Under the pieces are notes generated by a model. It was not told the DNA's origin. It did no database searches and worked only from the letters and a program-made list of their open reading frames with translations. Shown piece after piece: positions 29,007 to 41,296 of a stretch of DNA of 64,000 nucleotides. Source of the DNA: Bacteroidales bacterium (GTDB lineage: Bacteria; Bacteroidota; Bacteroidia; Bacteroidales; WCHB1-69); NCBI GenBank assembly GCA_023229985.1, contig JALNYF010000003.1:650-64649 (forward strand). Reading direction: 5' to 3'. Position 1 is the stretch's first letter. Each line of letters opens with the position of its first letter. The position numbers were made by a program, and so were the translations under genes.

Positions 29007-32000
29007 TTATAAGATGACAATTTTTTCAATTTTTTCGGCAGATTGTTGATTGGGGGTTCTCACCTTTAAACGATAAATATAGGTCCCCTTCGCCAACTTA
29101 TCGCCAAAATCATCGCGGGCATCCCAAGGAATCGGGCTGCTGCGATAACCGTCTGACAACTCGGAAGTTTCGATGGTTTTTACCAATTTACCGGAAATGG
29201 TATAAATCGAAATCATCACATCGAGCATCACGCCGGGTTGGTTATGTTCAAAGTAGAAAGCGGTTTGCGTCGTAAACGGATTGGGGTAGTTCAAGACGTG
29301 GTCAATGGTTAATGCTTCATCGGAAGCAACAGTAAATTCTATCGTTTGTTCCGAAACATTATTGAGAATATCCCAAGCACGGACTTTAATTTTATGAGTT
29401 CCGACTTTCAATTTTTCGTATGGATAACGCACTTGGCCGCAATTAAAACTATCGCGCGCGGCTTCGTAATGATTGTTCAAAATAATTTGGGTATTATCAT
29501 CCATGATGGCGACTAAATCGTGTCCTATGCCGTTTCCGGTCGTATTGATGCCATATTCGTCCTTCAATTTCACGATTAAAGTAGGTGACTGATTGACAGT
29601 GCCGCCGCTGACAAAGTTTTCATCATTCATAAACAATTCAATATCAGGACCTTTTACATCATTAAAAGATTCATTACTCATACTACCAATCACGGCATCC
29701 CCAAAAGCACCGGCAGCTTCAGCAGTACGACTATAGGCATAATAACTAAATTTCCCTTTTCCATAAGAATAATTAATATCTTTCGGAATAATAAACGAGA
29801 AACGGAATTGTCCGTTTTTTACAGTCACATTTCCTTTAAAAAGAATATTTTTTTGAACTTCAAATTCAAAATAACTACTGCCCACATCATTTTGCAACGT
29901 ATTGTTAATCACTTTTTTATCAAATATCGAAGGATACAGACCTCCGGAGAAATCGGATAAAATATTTCCAAAATCGTCGGCGATATGTCCAACAATCGTA
30001 ACACGCGAAAGGGCCTGAAGGGTATCTATTCCGTCGGCGACGGCTTTTCCGTTAACGGAATCGGTAACGACGTGGTATCTCGGCATAGCCAAACGCATGG
30101 AAGGGTCGCCCATTACATATATCATGTTAAGGGTATTGGCGGCACCGCCGGCAGAATTTTTGGCTACGCGATTTATTTCGCCGATGGTTTTCGGGGTTCC
30201 ATTATCCTCCATAAAAATATTGGAATAGAAAGCGGTAGCATATTGTTGATTAGAGCCGGTAAAAGCCACGCGGGAAGTAGTAACCAAACCGGCAGCTCCA
30301 CCATTGGCGTTCAGGAAGACTAATTCTGCGGGCGAAATCAGCGAGCGGTCATACCAACCGAACTCACACGTCAAAGTGATCATCCAAGGCTGATTATATC
30401 GATTACTCCATTTTTTGATGTCAGTCAATTCAACAATACGTTCGGTAGCCCAGCCGTTTTTACCGCCATGCCCCACGTATGCAAACAACAAACAGCCGGC
30501 ATTCATGCGATGATTGATGGCGGCGGCTGCTTCAGGATAACGTTGTGAAGCAGAATAAGTTACTTGCTGATACGCATCTAAATAAATTTTATCCAGATTG
30601 ATATTCGGATTATTTTGACCTGCCAATGTTGCCGCCAAATCAGCTGCCCGAATGTGGGTAGTACCGTCTTCATCATCTGCCACGAATGTTGCAACATTCT
30701 TCCAATCCCCGAAATTGGAGGTCAAGGGGTGGTCTTCACCCAGTATCTCGGTTGCGCTGTAATTAATTGACTTATTGACCGCTATTTGCGATTGAGCGAG
30801 GGTCGTCACTGGGAAGCGTCCCACCGAAATATCCAAAAAACCGACGCAATTCTCTCCTTCGTTATCATCTAATAGTGCAAAATAATCATCATTGGAACGA
30901 AGACTACTTTCATTGACGGCAGAACTAGTTTGATAATTGGGAACATATAATTTACAAGTATTCTCGCGTCCCCGATAATCGTAGGAAGGGCGACCAAACA
31001 ACAAGAGATATCTTGGATATACACCACCTGATTTATCATAAATCATCTTCATATAATCGCGAATGGCAGTAACATCTTGCGCCCCACTTGAAAATTCGTT
31101 ATAAATCTGCGCCGGGGTCACAATTTTGACCGAAAGGCCATCTTTTTCAGCACGAAAAGCGGCGAGCCGTTCCGCTTGAGAATTAAACTCAGGATAAGTA
31201 ACAATAATCATATCTACCTGACTTGTAGCATGTAAATTTTGATTTTCCACGCGCCCCACCCTATTCACGGAATAGAAAGCAGCACCATTAAAAGCAACAA
31301 AGCGGCGCATAGAATCACTCACGGCATTAAAAGCAAAAGTATTTCCCAATAAATCACCCTGCATTTGAACCGGTGAAGTCGGGTTTGTCACGTCCCAAAC
31401 ACGCACATTATTAGAAGCATCCGCAATGACATAGCGTGCAACATCGCTATTTAGCACTAATTCCACATTACAAAATGGAAATTGAGACGCATACATTTGC
31501 AACTGTCCCTGCATTTGCCATTCCATATAATTCAAGTAACCAACAGAAGAAGTAGTTGGTTTACTGTAAGTTAATGTAATATTCATGGTGGTACTGTTAG
31601 GAATGAACGTAAAATCGCGTGTCTCAGATTCCACCATGTTGGCACCGGATAATGCCGGTATGGAGGCTACCCCCAAAGTCGCGTTATTCAGTGCCACCGT
31701 AAAGTTTGATACCCTTGCCGATTGCGCCGCCACCGACAAATTCAGCACTGCTTGTTGCCCTGTGGAAGGCGGCAAAGCAAATGAATAACTCCGCACGGTT
31801 GTTGCATCATAAGCATCTCCCAACCAACATCTTCCTGCCTCTCCAATATTCAGAATATCCACTTCGTGATAACCATAATGAGTAAACGTATTGACAGTTT
31901 GAGCAGGTGCCAATGCCGAATTATCCAAAACGGTAATTCTTTTCTTAATCCCCACGCCAGGATCTAAATTGATGAAATAATAGGTATAATCACTGTAAAT

Positions 32001-32831
32001 ATTATACTGATGGTTAAAACGATGCGAATTTTGGCTATAGGTCCAAGAATGAGGACCTTGCGCATAAAAAACGAAATAATCGCCGGCATTAAAAACTTGA
32101 TCGTTCCCATCAACAATCAAAATGGGCAACTCACACAAATCATCATAACGGGGGGCATCATTACTCTCGGGAAGCATACCGCCGCCATTTCCGAAAATTG
32201 AAATAAGCGAGGAGCTTAGCTGGGAACCGGACGCTCCCATTGCCACTAAATCCTCATAAGTAACTTTGAACATGCCCGTTTGCGCCACCCCTACTTTGTA
32301 CCAACTGCCACTTGCCAACACCGATTGGGCAGCATAAGTCCTATCGGCTTTTGTTCCCTTCGTTGACAAACGCGGGGATATTGAAATCGTCACATCCATC
32401 AACTTTTCATAGCCGCCGGCGCGAGTTTTGCGAATGGGGACAAACGTGAGAACAGCGTAATTCTGTTTCTTCTCAACTACCGTTTTCACACTAACGCTCA
32501 ATTGATGAGCTTGAAAATCGGAAGGAATGAGGGCTTCCTCGTACGAACTCATTTTTTCGTAACGCTCTCCCGAAACGGTAACATCATAATCCTCAAAATA
32601 GGTTGAAACAGGCATTCTTTCAAAATACATGGGCAATTGCGGGAAATCGGGCGAGCCAATGGCACCGTCAAAATATAAAAGTTCCTTTTTATCTCCATTT
32701 TCCTGCTCAAAAATCAGCGTTTGATTCCACGTAACATTAATTTGTTTTTGAAAATTTTGAGCCTGAATATCAATAAATTGCAAGAAAAAAACAAAAACAA
32801 CAGACAAGGCTGCCCCAAAAAACCTATTCAT
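29007..32831 (-). CDS. porU: T9SS C-terminal signal peptidase/sortase PorU (gingipain-type C25 peptidase fold)
   Basis: About 1,274 aa with a signal peptide from MNRFFGAALSVVFVFFL (ATG 32831). Central C25-like region (YVGHGG..., TLTCEFG) and a C-terminal CTD-like beta-sandwich (YPNPFTTQTAFYFEHNQ...YIYRLKV). Immediately upstream of porV. Confidence 0.8.
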   Translation of the reverse strand: MNRFFGAALSVVFVFFLQFIDIQAQNFQKQINVTWNQTLIFEQENGDKKELLYFDGAIGSPDFPQLPMYFERMPVSTYFEDYDVTVSGERYEKMSSYEEALIPSDFQAHQLSVSVKTVVEKKQNYAVLTFVPIRKTRAGGYEKLMDVTISISPRLSTKGTKADRTYAAQSVLASGSWYKVGVAQTGMFKVTYEDLVAMGASGSQLSSSLISIFGNGGGMLPESNDAPRYDDLCELPILIVDGNDQVFNAGDYFVFYAQGPHSWTYSQNSHRFNHQYNIYSDYTYYFINLDPGVGIKKRITVLDNSALAPAQTVNTFTHYGYHEVDILNIGEAGRCWLGDAYDATTVRSYSFALPPSTGQQAVLNLSVAAQSARVSNFTVALNNATLGVASIPALSGANMVESETRDFTFIPNSTTMNITLTYSKPTTSSVGYLNYMEWQMQGQLQMYASQFPFCNVELVLNSDVARYVIADASNNVRVWDVTNPTSPVQMQGDLLGNTFAFNAVSDSMRRFVAFNGAAFYSVNRVGRVENQNLHATSQVDMIIVTYPEFNSQAERLAAFRAEKDGLSVKIVTPAQIYNEFSSGAQDVTAIRDYMKMIYDKSGGVYPRYLLLFGRPSYDYRGRENTCKLYVPNYQTSSAVNESSLRSNDDYFALLDDNEGENCVGFLDISVGRFPVTTLAQSQIAVNKSINYSATEILGEDHPLTSNFGDWKNVATFVADDEDGTTHIRAADLAATLAGQNNPNINLDKIYLDAYQQVTYSASQRYPEAAAAINHRMNAGCLLFAYVGHGGKNGWATERIVELTDIKKWSNRYNQPWMITLTCEFGWYDRSLISPAELVFLNANGGAAGLVTTSRVAFTGSNQQYATAFYSNIFMEDNGTPKTIGEINRVAKNSAGGAANTLNMIYVMGDPSMRLAMPRYHVVTDSVNGKAVADGIDTLQALSRVTIVGHIADDFGNILSDFSGGLYPSIFDKKVINNTLQNDVGSSYFEFEVQKNILFKGNVTVKNGQFRFSFIIPKDINYSYGKGKFSYYAYSRTAEAAGAFGDAVIGSMSNESFNDVKGPDIELFMNDENFVSGGTVNQSPTLIVKLKDEYGINTTGNGIGHDLVAIMDDNTQIILNNHYEAARDSFNCGQVRYPYEKLKVGTHKIKVRAWDILNNVSEQTIEFTVASDEALTIDHVLNYPNPFTTQTAFYFEHNQPGVMLDVMISIYTISGKLVKTIETSELSDGYRSSPIPWDARDDFGDKLAKGTYIYRLKVRTPNQQSAEKIEKIVIL

Positions 32832-33309
32832 ACTGCACGATAATAAAATGATTAAAACAGTACCATCATAAACGCAAAACAGTTCACAAAATTGCAAAAC
32901 GAGAATACTTTTTATACAATATCAATGATATGAACCATCATTGCCGCTACAAAACGCGCGCAACAGAAACGCACAAACATACAAACATCATAAAATTTCC
33001 CGTCAACCCGCAGAATAATCAAGAGATCATGCAAAACATTCATAGCGAATAAATTGTCCGATGACACGTTTGATTCCATACAGGACAGCCATCAAACGTC
33101 AATTTGAATAAAATTTATAGTCTGATAATCAATGCTTTATAAAAAATACTAAAAAAACAGAAGGAAACACCCAAGAAATGCGGAAAAAGTTACGTTAAGA
33201 ATGAATAATCAAAAGCTCATAATAGCACCCTAAAAAAAATAAAAAGCATAAAAATAGAAATGTTGATAACTTTTGATAAAAAAAGGCGTAAAGGTAAGAG
33301 ATAAAGTAT

Positions 33310-33317
33310 TAATTTTG
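33310..33317 (+). promoter_or_regulatory. -7 box TAATTTTG upstream of the porP/sprF-family gene
   Basis: 42 nt upstream of the ATG at 33359. Confidence 0.45.
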
Positions 33318-33358
33318 CGACTTGCATTTTGAAGTGAAAAGAACAAACAATAAATTCT

Positions 33359-34348
33359 ATGAATAGAAAGATAATATACGTACTAGGAATAATTGCACTC
33401 TTGCTCGGAAGCACGAAAGTTTCCGCGCAAGATCCGCATTTTTCGCAGTTTTATGCAAATCCGCTTTATTTAAATCCCGCTTTTGCAGGCAGCAATGTTT
33501 GTCCGCGCGTTACCGCTCATTTTCGTGATCAATGGCCTAACATACATGGCACCTACATTACTTATTCTGCATCTTACGATCAACATTTTGATAAAATTGC
33601 CGGTGGTATCGGTGTTTTATTGATGGGTGACCGTCAAGGTCAGGGTGTTATTAATACGTATGCAGCAAGTTTTATCTATTCTTATAAATTGAAAATATCC
33701 AGAAAATTCAATATGCGTTTTGCTTTGCAAGCTACCTATCAACAAAAGAGCTTGGATTGGAGTAAATTGACTTTCAATGATATGATTGACCCCAAATATG
33801 GGTTTGTATATGAAACGAATGAAGTTGCTCCCGCCAAACAATCGAAAGGGGTTGCGGACTTCTCCGCCGGTTTTATCGGATACACCAATAACTTGTATTT
33901 CGGCGTAGCTGCCAACCACGTAACTCGCCCTTACGAAGGATTTATTTCCGTTACCAGACTCCCCGTTAAATGGACTGCACACTTTGGCGGCTATTTTGAT
34001 TTAAAACGTAAAAGTAGAAAAAGTCGCTCCTTCGGCGATATCTCCATCAGCCCGAATATCATTTATCAACATCAACTCGAGTTCCATCAATTAAACTACG
34101 GTTTATACCTCAACTATTATCCTTTCGTAGTCGGGACTTGGTTCCGCCAAAGTTTCAGAAATTCGGACGCCGTTATCTTTATGTTCGGATTACAACACGA
34201 AATGATACGCGTGGCTTATTCTTACGATTTAACCGTCTCTAAATTGGCAAACTTGTCCGGCGGCTCTCATGAAGTTTCCCTACAATTCTTATTCCCATGT
34301 CCGGAAAGAAGAGTGGTGAAAAAAGATCTGAATTGTCCGACATTCTAA
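33359..34348 (+). CDS. PorP/SprF-family T9SS outer-membrane protein
   Basis: AQDPHFSQFYANPLYLNPAFAG family signature after a signal peptide; 329 aa beta-barrel-like. Confidence 0.8.
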   Translation: MNRKIIYVLGIIALLLGSTKVSAQDPHFSQFYANPLYLNPAFAGSNVCPRVTAHFRDQWPNIHGTYITYSASYDQHFDKIAGGIGVLLMGDRQGQGVINTYAASFIYSYKLKISRKFNMRFALQATYQQKSLDWSKLTFNDMIDPKYGFVYETNEVAPAKQSKGVADFSAGFIGYTNNLYFGVAANHVTRPYEGFISVTRLPVKWTAHFGGYFDLKRKSRKSRSFGDISISPNIIYQHQLEFHQLNYGLYLNYYPFVVGTWFRQSFRNSDAVIFMFGLQHEMIRVAYSYDLTVSKLANLSGGSHEVSLQFLFPCPERRVVKKDLNCPTF

Positions 34349-34415
34349 ACAAACTATACATAATTATAATATAAATAAAAAATCATCGTTCAACTTATTG
34401 AAAAAATCAACAAAA

Positions 34416-35912
34416 ATGAATAGAATAACAAGAATTTCAAGTTTAATACTGGTAGTAGCTGTTGCGTTATTATTTAATTCATGCAAGAAGGAGTATTCAC
34501 ATACTACCGGTTGGGAATACAACAACGCCGAAAATGGCGGTTTTGAAGTATATCCTTTCGTAGAACAAGCCACCGGTCCCGGACTTATATTGGTAGAAGG
34601 CGGTAGATTCGAGTTCGGAAGAGTGGAGCAAGATGTAATGTACGATTGGGGAAACACCGCACGCAGCGTGACCATTTCCTCATTTTACATGGACGAAACC
34701 GAAGTCAGCAACTTAGATTACAGAGAATACCTCTATTGGTTGGAACGCGTATTCCTCCCCGCCGACCTGAAAACTGTGGTCGATAACGCTCAACCGGATC
34801 CCAATGTTTGGAGAGAAAAATTGTCTTTTGCTGAAACACAAGTAGAATATTACTTCAGATATCCCGCTTATGACCACTATCCGGTAGTAGGTGTCAGTTG
34901 GCTGCAAGCTGTCAATTATGCCGCTTGGCGTACCGACCGCGTAAACGAACAAATCTTAGTAGATTTAGGTTTTGTAGATTGGAATCCGGATCCGTCACCT
35001 GAATTGTATTTCAACACCGATGCCTATTATACTTACGAATCTTATGAAATGGAAACCGATAACCGTTTGCAAAACATCTCTACCGGCGACTATAGAAACG
35101 TAAAAATGGAAGATGGTATTCTTTTGCCGAAATATAGACTCCCCACCGAAGCTGAATGGGAATATGCCGCTTACGCTTTAATTGGTAATACATTAGGTGA
35201 GAGAGTTTTGGAACGAAAATTATATCCTTGGAATGGTCACTATACCCGTACAGACGACAAACGCTACTATGGCGACTTCGTTGCCAATACCAGACGCGGA
35301 CGCGGCGACCTGATGGGCGTTGCAGGATACTTGAACGATGCTTCCGATATCCCAGCACCCGTTAATTCATACTGGCCTAACGACTATGGTCTCTACAACA
35401 TGGGCGGCAATGTGGCAGAATGGGTAATGGACGTTTACAGACAAACCACCCACGAAGAAGCCTACGAATTTAACCCGTTCAGAGGTAACTATTATGAAAC
35501 CAAAAAATTATTGGAAGATGGTACCGTTGAAGATAGAGACAGCGTAGGTAAAATTCCAATGGTTCCCGTATCTGACTTCAAAAACGACAGAAGACGCAAT
35601 TACAGACAAGCCGACAATATCAACTATTTAGACGGCGACTGGGCATCTCAATTGGAAATGGACGTTTGGAAGAACAACTCCTCAGATGCTACGAATGAGA
35701 TGTACCCGAAAGATATCAATACTGCCTTCGGATATTCTTTAGTCGGCGACCATGCCAGAGTTTACAAAGGCGGCTCTTGGATTGACGAGCAATATTACGC
35801 AGCTCCGGGGCAAAGACGTCACTTGGAAGAAGATGAATCAACCAAATACATCGGATTCAGATGCGCTATGGCAAGATTGGGAACTCCTTCCGGCGGTGGT
35901 GTTACAAGATAA
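34416..35912 (+). CDS. gldJ: Gliding-motility lipoprotein GldJ (FGE/sulfatase-modifying-factor fold)
   Basis: Lipobox LLFNSC, then TGWEYNN..GGFEV, GLILVEGGRF, FYMDETEVSN, YPVVGVSWLQA and RVNEQ blocks typical of GldJ. No gldLMN follows, so not gldK. ATG at 34416 preferred over the TTG at 34398. Confidence 0.85.
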   Translation: MNRITRISSLILVVAVALLFNSCKKEYSHTTGWEYNNAENGGFEVYPFVEQATGPGLILVEGGRFEFGRVEQDVMYDWGNTARSVTISSFYMDETEVSNLDYREYLYWLERVFLPADLKTVVDNAQPDPNVWREKLSFAETQVEYYFRYPAYDHYPVVGVSWLQAVNYAAWRTDRVNEQILVDLGFVDWNPDPSPELYFNTDAYYTYESYEMETDNRLQNISTGDYRNVKMEDGILLPKYRLPTEAEWEYAAYALIGNTLGERVLERKLYPWNGHYTRTDDKRYYGDFVANTRRGRGDLMGVAGYLNDASDIPAPVNSYWPNDYGLYNMGGNVAEWVMDVYRQTTHEEAYEFNPFRGNYYETKKLLEDGTVEDRDSVGKIPMVPVSDFKNDRRRNYRQADNINYLDGDWASQLEMDVWKNNSSDATNEMYPKDINTAFGYSLVGDHARVYKGGSWIDEQYYAAPGQRRHLEEDESTKYIGFRCAMARLGTPSGGGVTR

Positions 35913-35921
35913 TAACAGAAC

Positions 35922-36887
35922 ATGATTGTAATTACAGGTGCTGCCGGATTTATCGGCAGCTGCATGATAACAAAACTCAACGAATCAGGTCACTCCGACC
36001 TGATTCTTGTTGATGACTTTACCAAAGAGCATAAAAAGAAAAATTGGATCAATAAGAGATATATTGATAAAATCCAACGCGATGTTTTCTACCAATGGGC
36101 AAACAACAACGCAAAACACATTGATTTGATTATCCATTTGGGCGCAAGAACAGATACCACAGAAATGGATTATAGTATCTTTGAAGAACTCAACGTGGGC
36201 TATTCGCAACAGATGTGGAGCTTTGCCACCCAACACGGAATACCCTTATTATACGCTTCATCCGCAGCAACTTATGGCGACGGAAAATTCGGATATACGG
36301 ACGATATGCAGACCATTTCCCAATTGGTTCCCCTGAATCCGTATGGAAAATCAAAAAATGAGTTCGACAAATGGCTTCTCAAACAAACTTCCACCCCGCC
36401 ATTATGGTACGGGTTCAAATTCTTCAATGTTTTTGGTCCTAACGAATATCACAAAGGCAGAATGGCATCTGTCATTTTTCACGCCTTTAACCAAATCAAC
36501 GAAACCGGCAAGGTGCAACTCTTTCGCTCCCATCGCCCCGATTTCGAAGACGGGAAACAGAATCGCGACTTTGTCTATGTAAAAGATGTCGTCAATGTGC
36601 TCTATTGGTTTAGCAAACATTACAAACAAAGTGGAATATATAATTTGGGAACGGGTTTTGCCCGCACATTTTTAGCCTTGACCACCTCCACTTTTAAAGC
36701 CATGGGGTTGGAACCAACCATCGAATTTATTGATATTCCCCAAGATATTAGAGATAAATATCAATATTACACTCAAGCAGACATTCAAAAATTGCGTAAA
36801 GTGGGATATAAAAAATCTTTTTACTCATTGGAAAATGGTGTAACTGATTATGTATCAAACTATTTGATAAATAGAGACGTTTTCTGA
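35922..36887 (+). CDS. hldD: ADP-L-glycero-D-manno-heptose 6-epimerase
   Basis: ITGAAGFIGS, YASSAATYG, YGKSK and FFNVFGPNEYHKGRMASV blocks, collinear with RfaD/HldD. Confidence 0.85.
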   Translation: MIVITGAAGFIGSCMITKLNESGHSDLILVDDFTKEHKKKNWINKRYIDKIQRDVFYQWANNNAKHIDLIIHLGARTDTTEMDYSIFEELNVGYSQQMWSFATQHGIPLLYASSAATYGDGKFGYTDDMQTISQLVPLNPYGKSKNEFDKWLLKQTSTPPLWYGFKFFNVFGPNEYHKGRMASVIFHAFNQINETGKVQLFRSHRPDFEDGKQNRDFVYVKDVVNVLYWFSKHYKQSGIYNLGTGFARTFLALTTSTFKAMGLEPTIEFIDIPQDIRDKYQYYTQADIQKLRKVGYKKSFYSLENGVTDYVSNYLINRDVF

Positions 36888-36902
36888 AAACTTTTCTTTA
36901 TT

Positions 36903-36931
36903 TTTTCAATAAAAATACTTTTTATTGAAAA
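36903..36931 (+). terminator. AT-rich hairpin after hldD
   Basis: TTTTCAATAAAAA-TAC-TTTTTATTGAAAA (13-bp stem, almost all A-T), 16 nt after the stop. Confidence 0.35.
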
Positions 36932-36937
36932 TTTTTA

Positions 36938-36945
36938 TACTTTTG
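36938..36945 (+). promoter_or_regulatory. -7 box TACTTTTG upstream of recQ
   Basis: 50 nt upstream of the ATG at 36995. Confidence 0.45.
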
Positions 36946-36994
36946 TATTCCCATTGTGAGGATATGCAGATTTAAGTACTATAAAATTTAGTGT

Positions 36995-39196
36995 ATGCAG
37001 AATTTTACGGAGAAAGACATTTTTAAAATGCTAAAGAAGTTTTTTGGCTTTAGCAATTTTAAGGGAAATCAGTTAGCCATCATTCAATCCTTGTTATCAG
37101 GGAAAGATTGCTTTGTGATAATGCCTACAGGAGGTGGAAAATCATTGTGTTATCAACTGCCCGCATTAATGAGTGAAGGAACCGCCATCATCATTTCCCC
37201 TCTGATTGCCTTGATGAAGAATCAGGTAGATGCCATCCGCAACTATAGCAGCGTATCGGGAGTTGCCCATTTTTTAAATTCCTCTCTATCCAAAGCGGAA
37301 ATTGCCATCGTTCGGGAAGATTTACTTGCGGGCAAGACAAAATTGCTATATGTAGCACCGGAATCGCTCACCAAAGAGACCAACATTGATTTCTTCCAAT
37401 CCATCAATATTTCGTTTTATGCGATTGACGAAGCGCACTGTATTTCGGAGTGGGGACACGACTTTCGTCCCGAATACGGAAAAATACGCTCCATCATCAA
37501 TGCCATCGGTAAACAAGTCCCCGTCATTGCCTTAACGGCAACGGCAACCCCAAAAGTTCAAAACGACATTCAAAAGAACTTGGGAATGGGCAACGCAGAA
37601 ATATTCATTTCCTCTTTCAATCGTAGTAATTTATATTACGAAATCAGAGAAAAAACCAAAGACATAGATAAAGATATTGTCAAATTTATCAAAGACCATC
37701 CGGGAAAATCAGGGATTATTTATTGTTTGAGTCGGAAAAAAGTGGAGGAATTTGCAAGTTTTCTGCAAGTAAACAAAATACGTGCACTCCCCTACCACGC
37801 CGGACTTGACTCCCACACCCGCGTGGAAAATCAAGATGCTTTCCTCATGGAAAAAGCCGATGTGATTGTCGCTACCATCGCTTTCGGAATGGGCATCGAT
37901 AAACCGGACGTGCGTTTCGTCATTCACTATGATATGCCGAAAAGCTTGGAAGGCTATTATCAAGAGACCGGGCGCGCCGGACGCGACGATGGCGAAGGCA
38001 TCTGCTTGGCTTTCTACGACTATAAAGATTTAAACAAATTAGAAAAATTTTCGAATAAAAAAGCCGTCGCCGAACAAGAAATTGTCAAACAACTATTAGC
38101 AGAAACGGCTGCTTACGCAGAATCATCAAGCTGTCGACGGAAACACCTGCTGCACTACTTTGGCGAAAACTATGAAACCGAAAACTGCCAAAATTGCGAC
38201 AGCTGTCTCCACCCGAAGCCTAAAATGAACGCGTCAGAACAAGTCCAATTGGCTATCGAAGTCATTCAAACCGTTAAACAACAATTCAAAGAAGACCATA
38301 TTATTGACATTCTGACCGGTAATAAAACAACCTCCATCGCGAAATACAAGCATCAAAAATTGAAACAATTTGGCGAAGGCGAAGAGTTCGATGCCAAATT
38401 CTGGTCCAATGTTGTTCGTTTAGCCATCTTCGATGAATTAGTATATAAAGACATCGAAAACTACGGAATTTTGCGTATTTCTCCAAAAGGCGAACGCTAT
38501 CTTATCAATCCATACACCATCATGATCACCAAACCGGTAAAAGACACCAATGACGATGACATGGATGATATGAACGAAATGGTCCCCAACAAGGGTGAAG
38601 CCATTGATAGAACACTTTTTGCCCTGCTCCGAGACCTCCGCAAAATCATTGCCCAAAAAGAGAGTATTCCCCCATTCGTGATTTTCCAAGATCCCTCATT
38701 GGAAGATATGTGCATCCAATATCCGACCACGATGGAAGAGATGACCCACATCAGCGGCGTCGGCACCGGAAAAGCTCAAAAATACGGACAACCCTTCATC
38801 GACCTGATCAAAAAATATGTGGAAGATAACGAAATTGAACGCCCATTGGACCTCGTCGTCAAATCCGTTGTCAATAAATCTGCCATCAAAGTATATATTA
38901 TTCAAAATATTGACCGAAAAATAAGCTTTGAAGATATTGCCATCGCCAAAGGCTTTGATATGGACGAACTGCTCACCGAAATAGAAAGTATTGTATCTTC
39001 CGGCACAAAATTAGATATTAACTATTATATAGAGGAAAATATCGAACCCTACCATCAAGAAGAGATTTTAGACTACTTCGGAGAAGCAGAATCCGATTCC
39101 ATACAAGATGCCATCGATGCACTCGGCGAAGACGAATATTCCACAGAAGAAATCCGCATTATGCGAATTAAATTCATGTCCGATTTAGGCAACTAA
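36995..39196 (+). CDS. recQ: ATP-dependent DNA helicase RecQ
   Basis: MPTGGGKSLCYQ, DEAHCISEWGHDFRP, Zn-finger CRRK...CQNCDSC, C-terminal HRDC region; 733 aa. Confidence 0.95.
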   Translation: MQNFTEKDIFKMLKKFFGFSNFKGNQLAIIQSLLSGKDCFVIMPTGGGKSLCYQLPALMSEGTAIIISPLIALMKNQVDAIRNYSSVSGVAHFLNSSLSKAEIAIVREDLLAGKTKLLYVAPESLTKETNIDFFQSINISFYAIDEAHCISEWGHDFRPEYGKIRSIINAIGKQVPVIALTATATPKVQNDIQKNLGMGNAEIFISSFNRSNLYYEIREKTKDIDKDIVKFIKDHPGKSGIIYCLSRKKVEEFASFLQVNKIRALPYHAGLDSHTRVENQDAFLMEKADVIVATIAFGMGIDKPDVRFVIHYDMPKSLEGYYQETGRAGRDDGEGICLAFYDYKDLNKLEKFSNKKAVAEQEIVKQLLAETAAYAESSSCRRKHLLHYFGENYETENCQNCDSCLHPKPKMNASEQVQLAIEVIQTVKQQFKEDHIIDILTGNKTTSIAKYKHQKLKQFGEGEEFDAKFWSNVVRLAIFDELVYKDIENYGILRISPKGERYLINPYTIMITKPVKDTNDDDMDDMNEMVPNKGEAIDRTLFALLRDLRKIIAQKESIPPFVIFQDPSLEDMCIQYPTTMEEMTHISGVGTGKAQKYGQPFIDLIKKYVEDNEIERPLDLVVKSVVNKSAIKVYIIQNIDRKISFEDIAIAKGFDMDELLTEIESIVSSGTKLDINYYIEENIEPYHQEEILDYFGEAESDSIQDAIDALGEDEYSTEEIRIMRIKFMSDLGN

Positions 39197-39216
39197 TCAC
39201 TGCCACCAAACTATCG

Positions 39217-41284
<2,068 letters not shown>

Positions 41285-41296
41285 AATTCAAGTATA

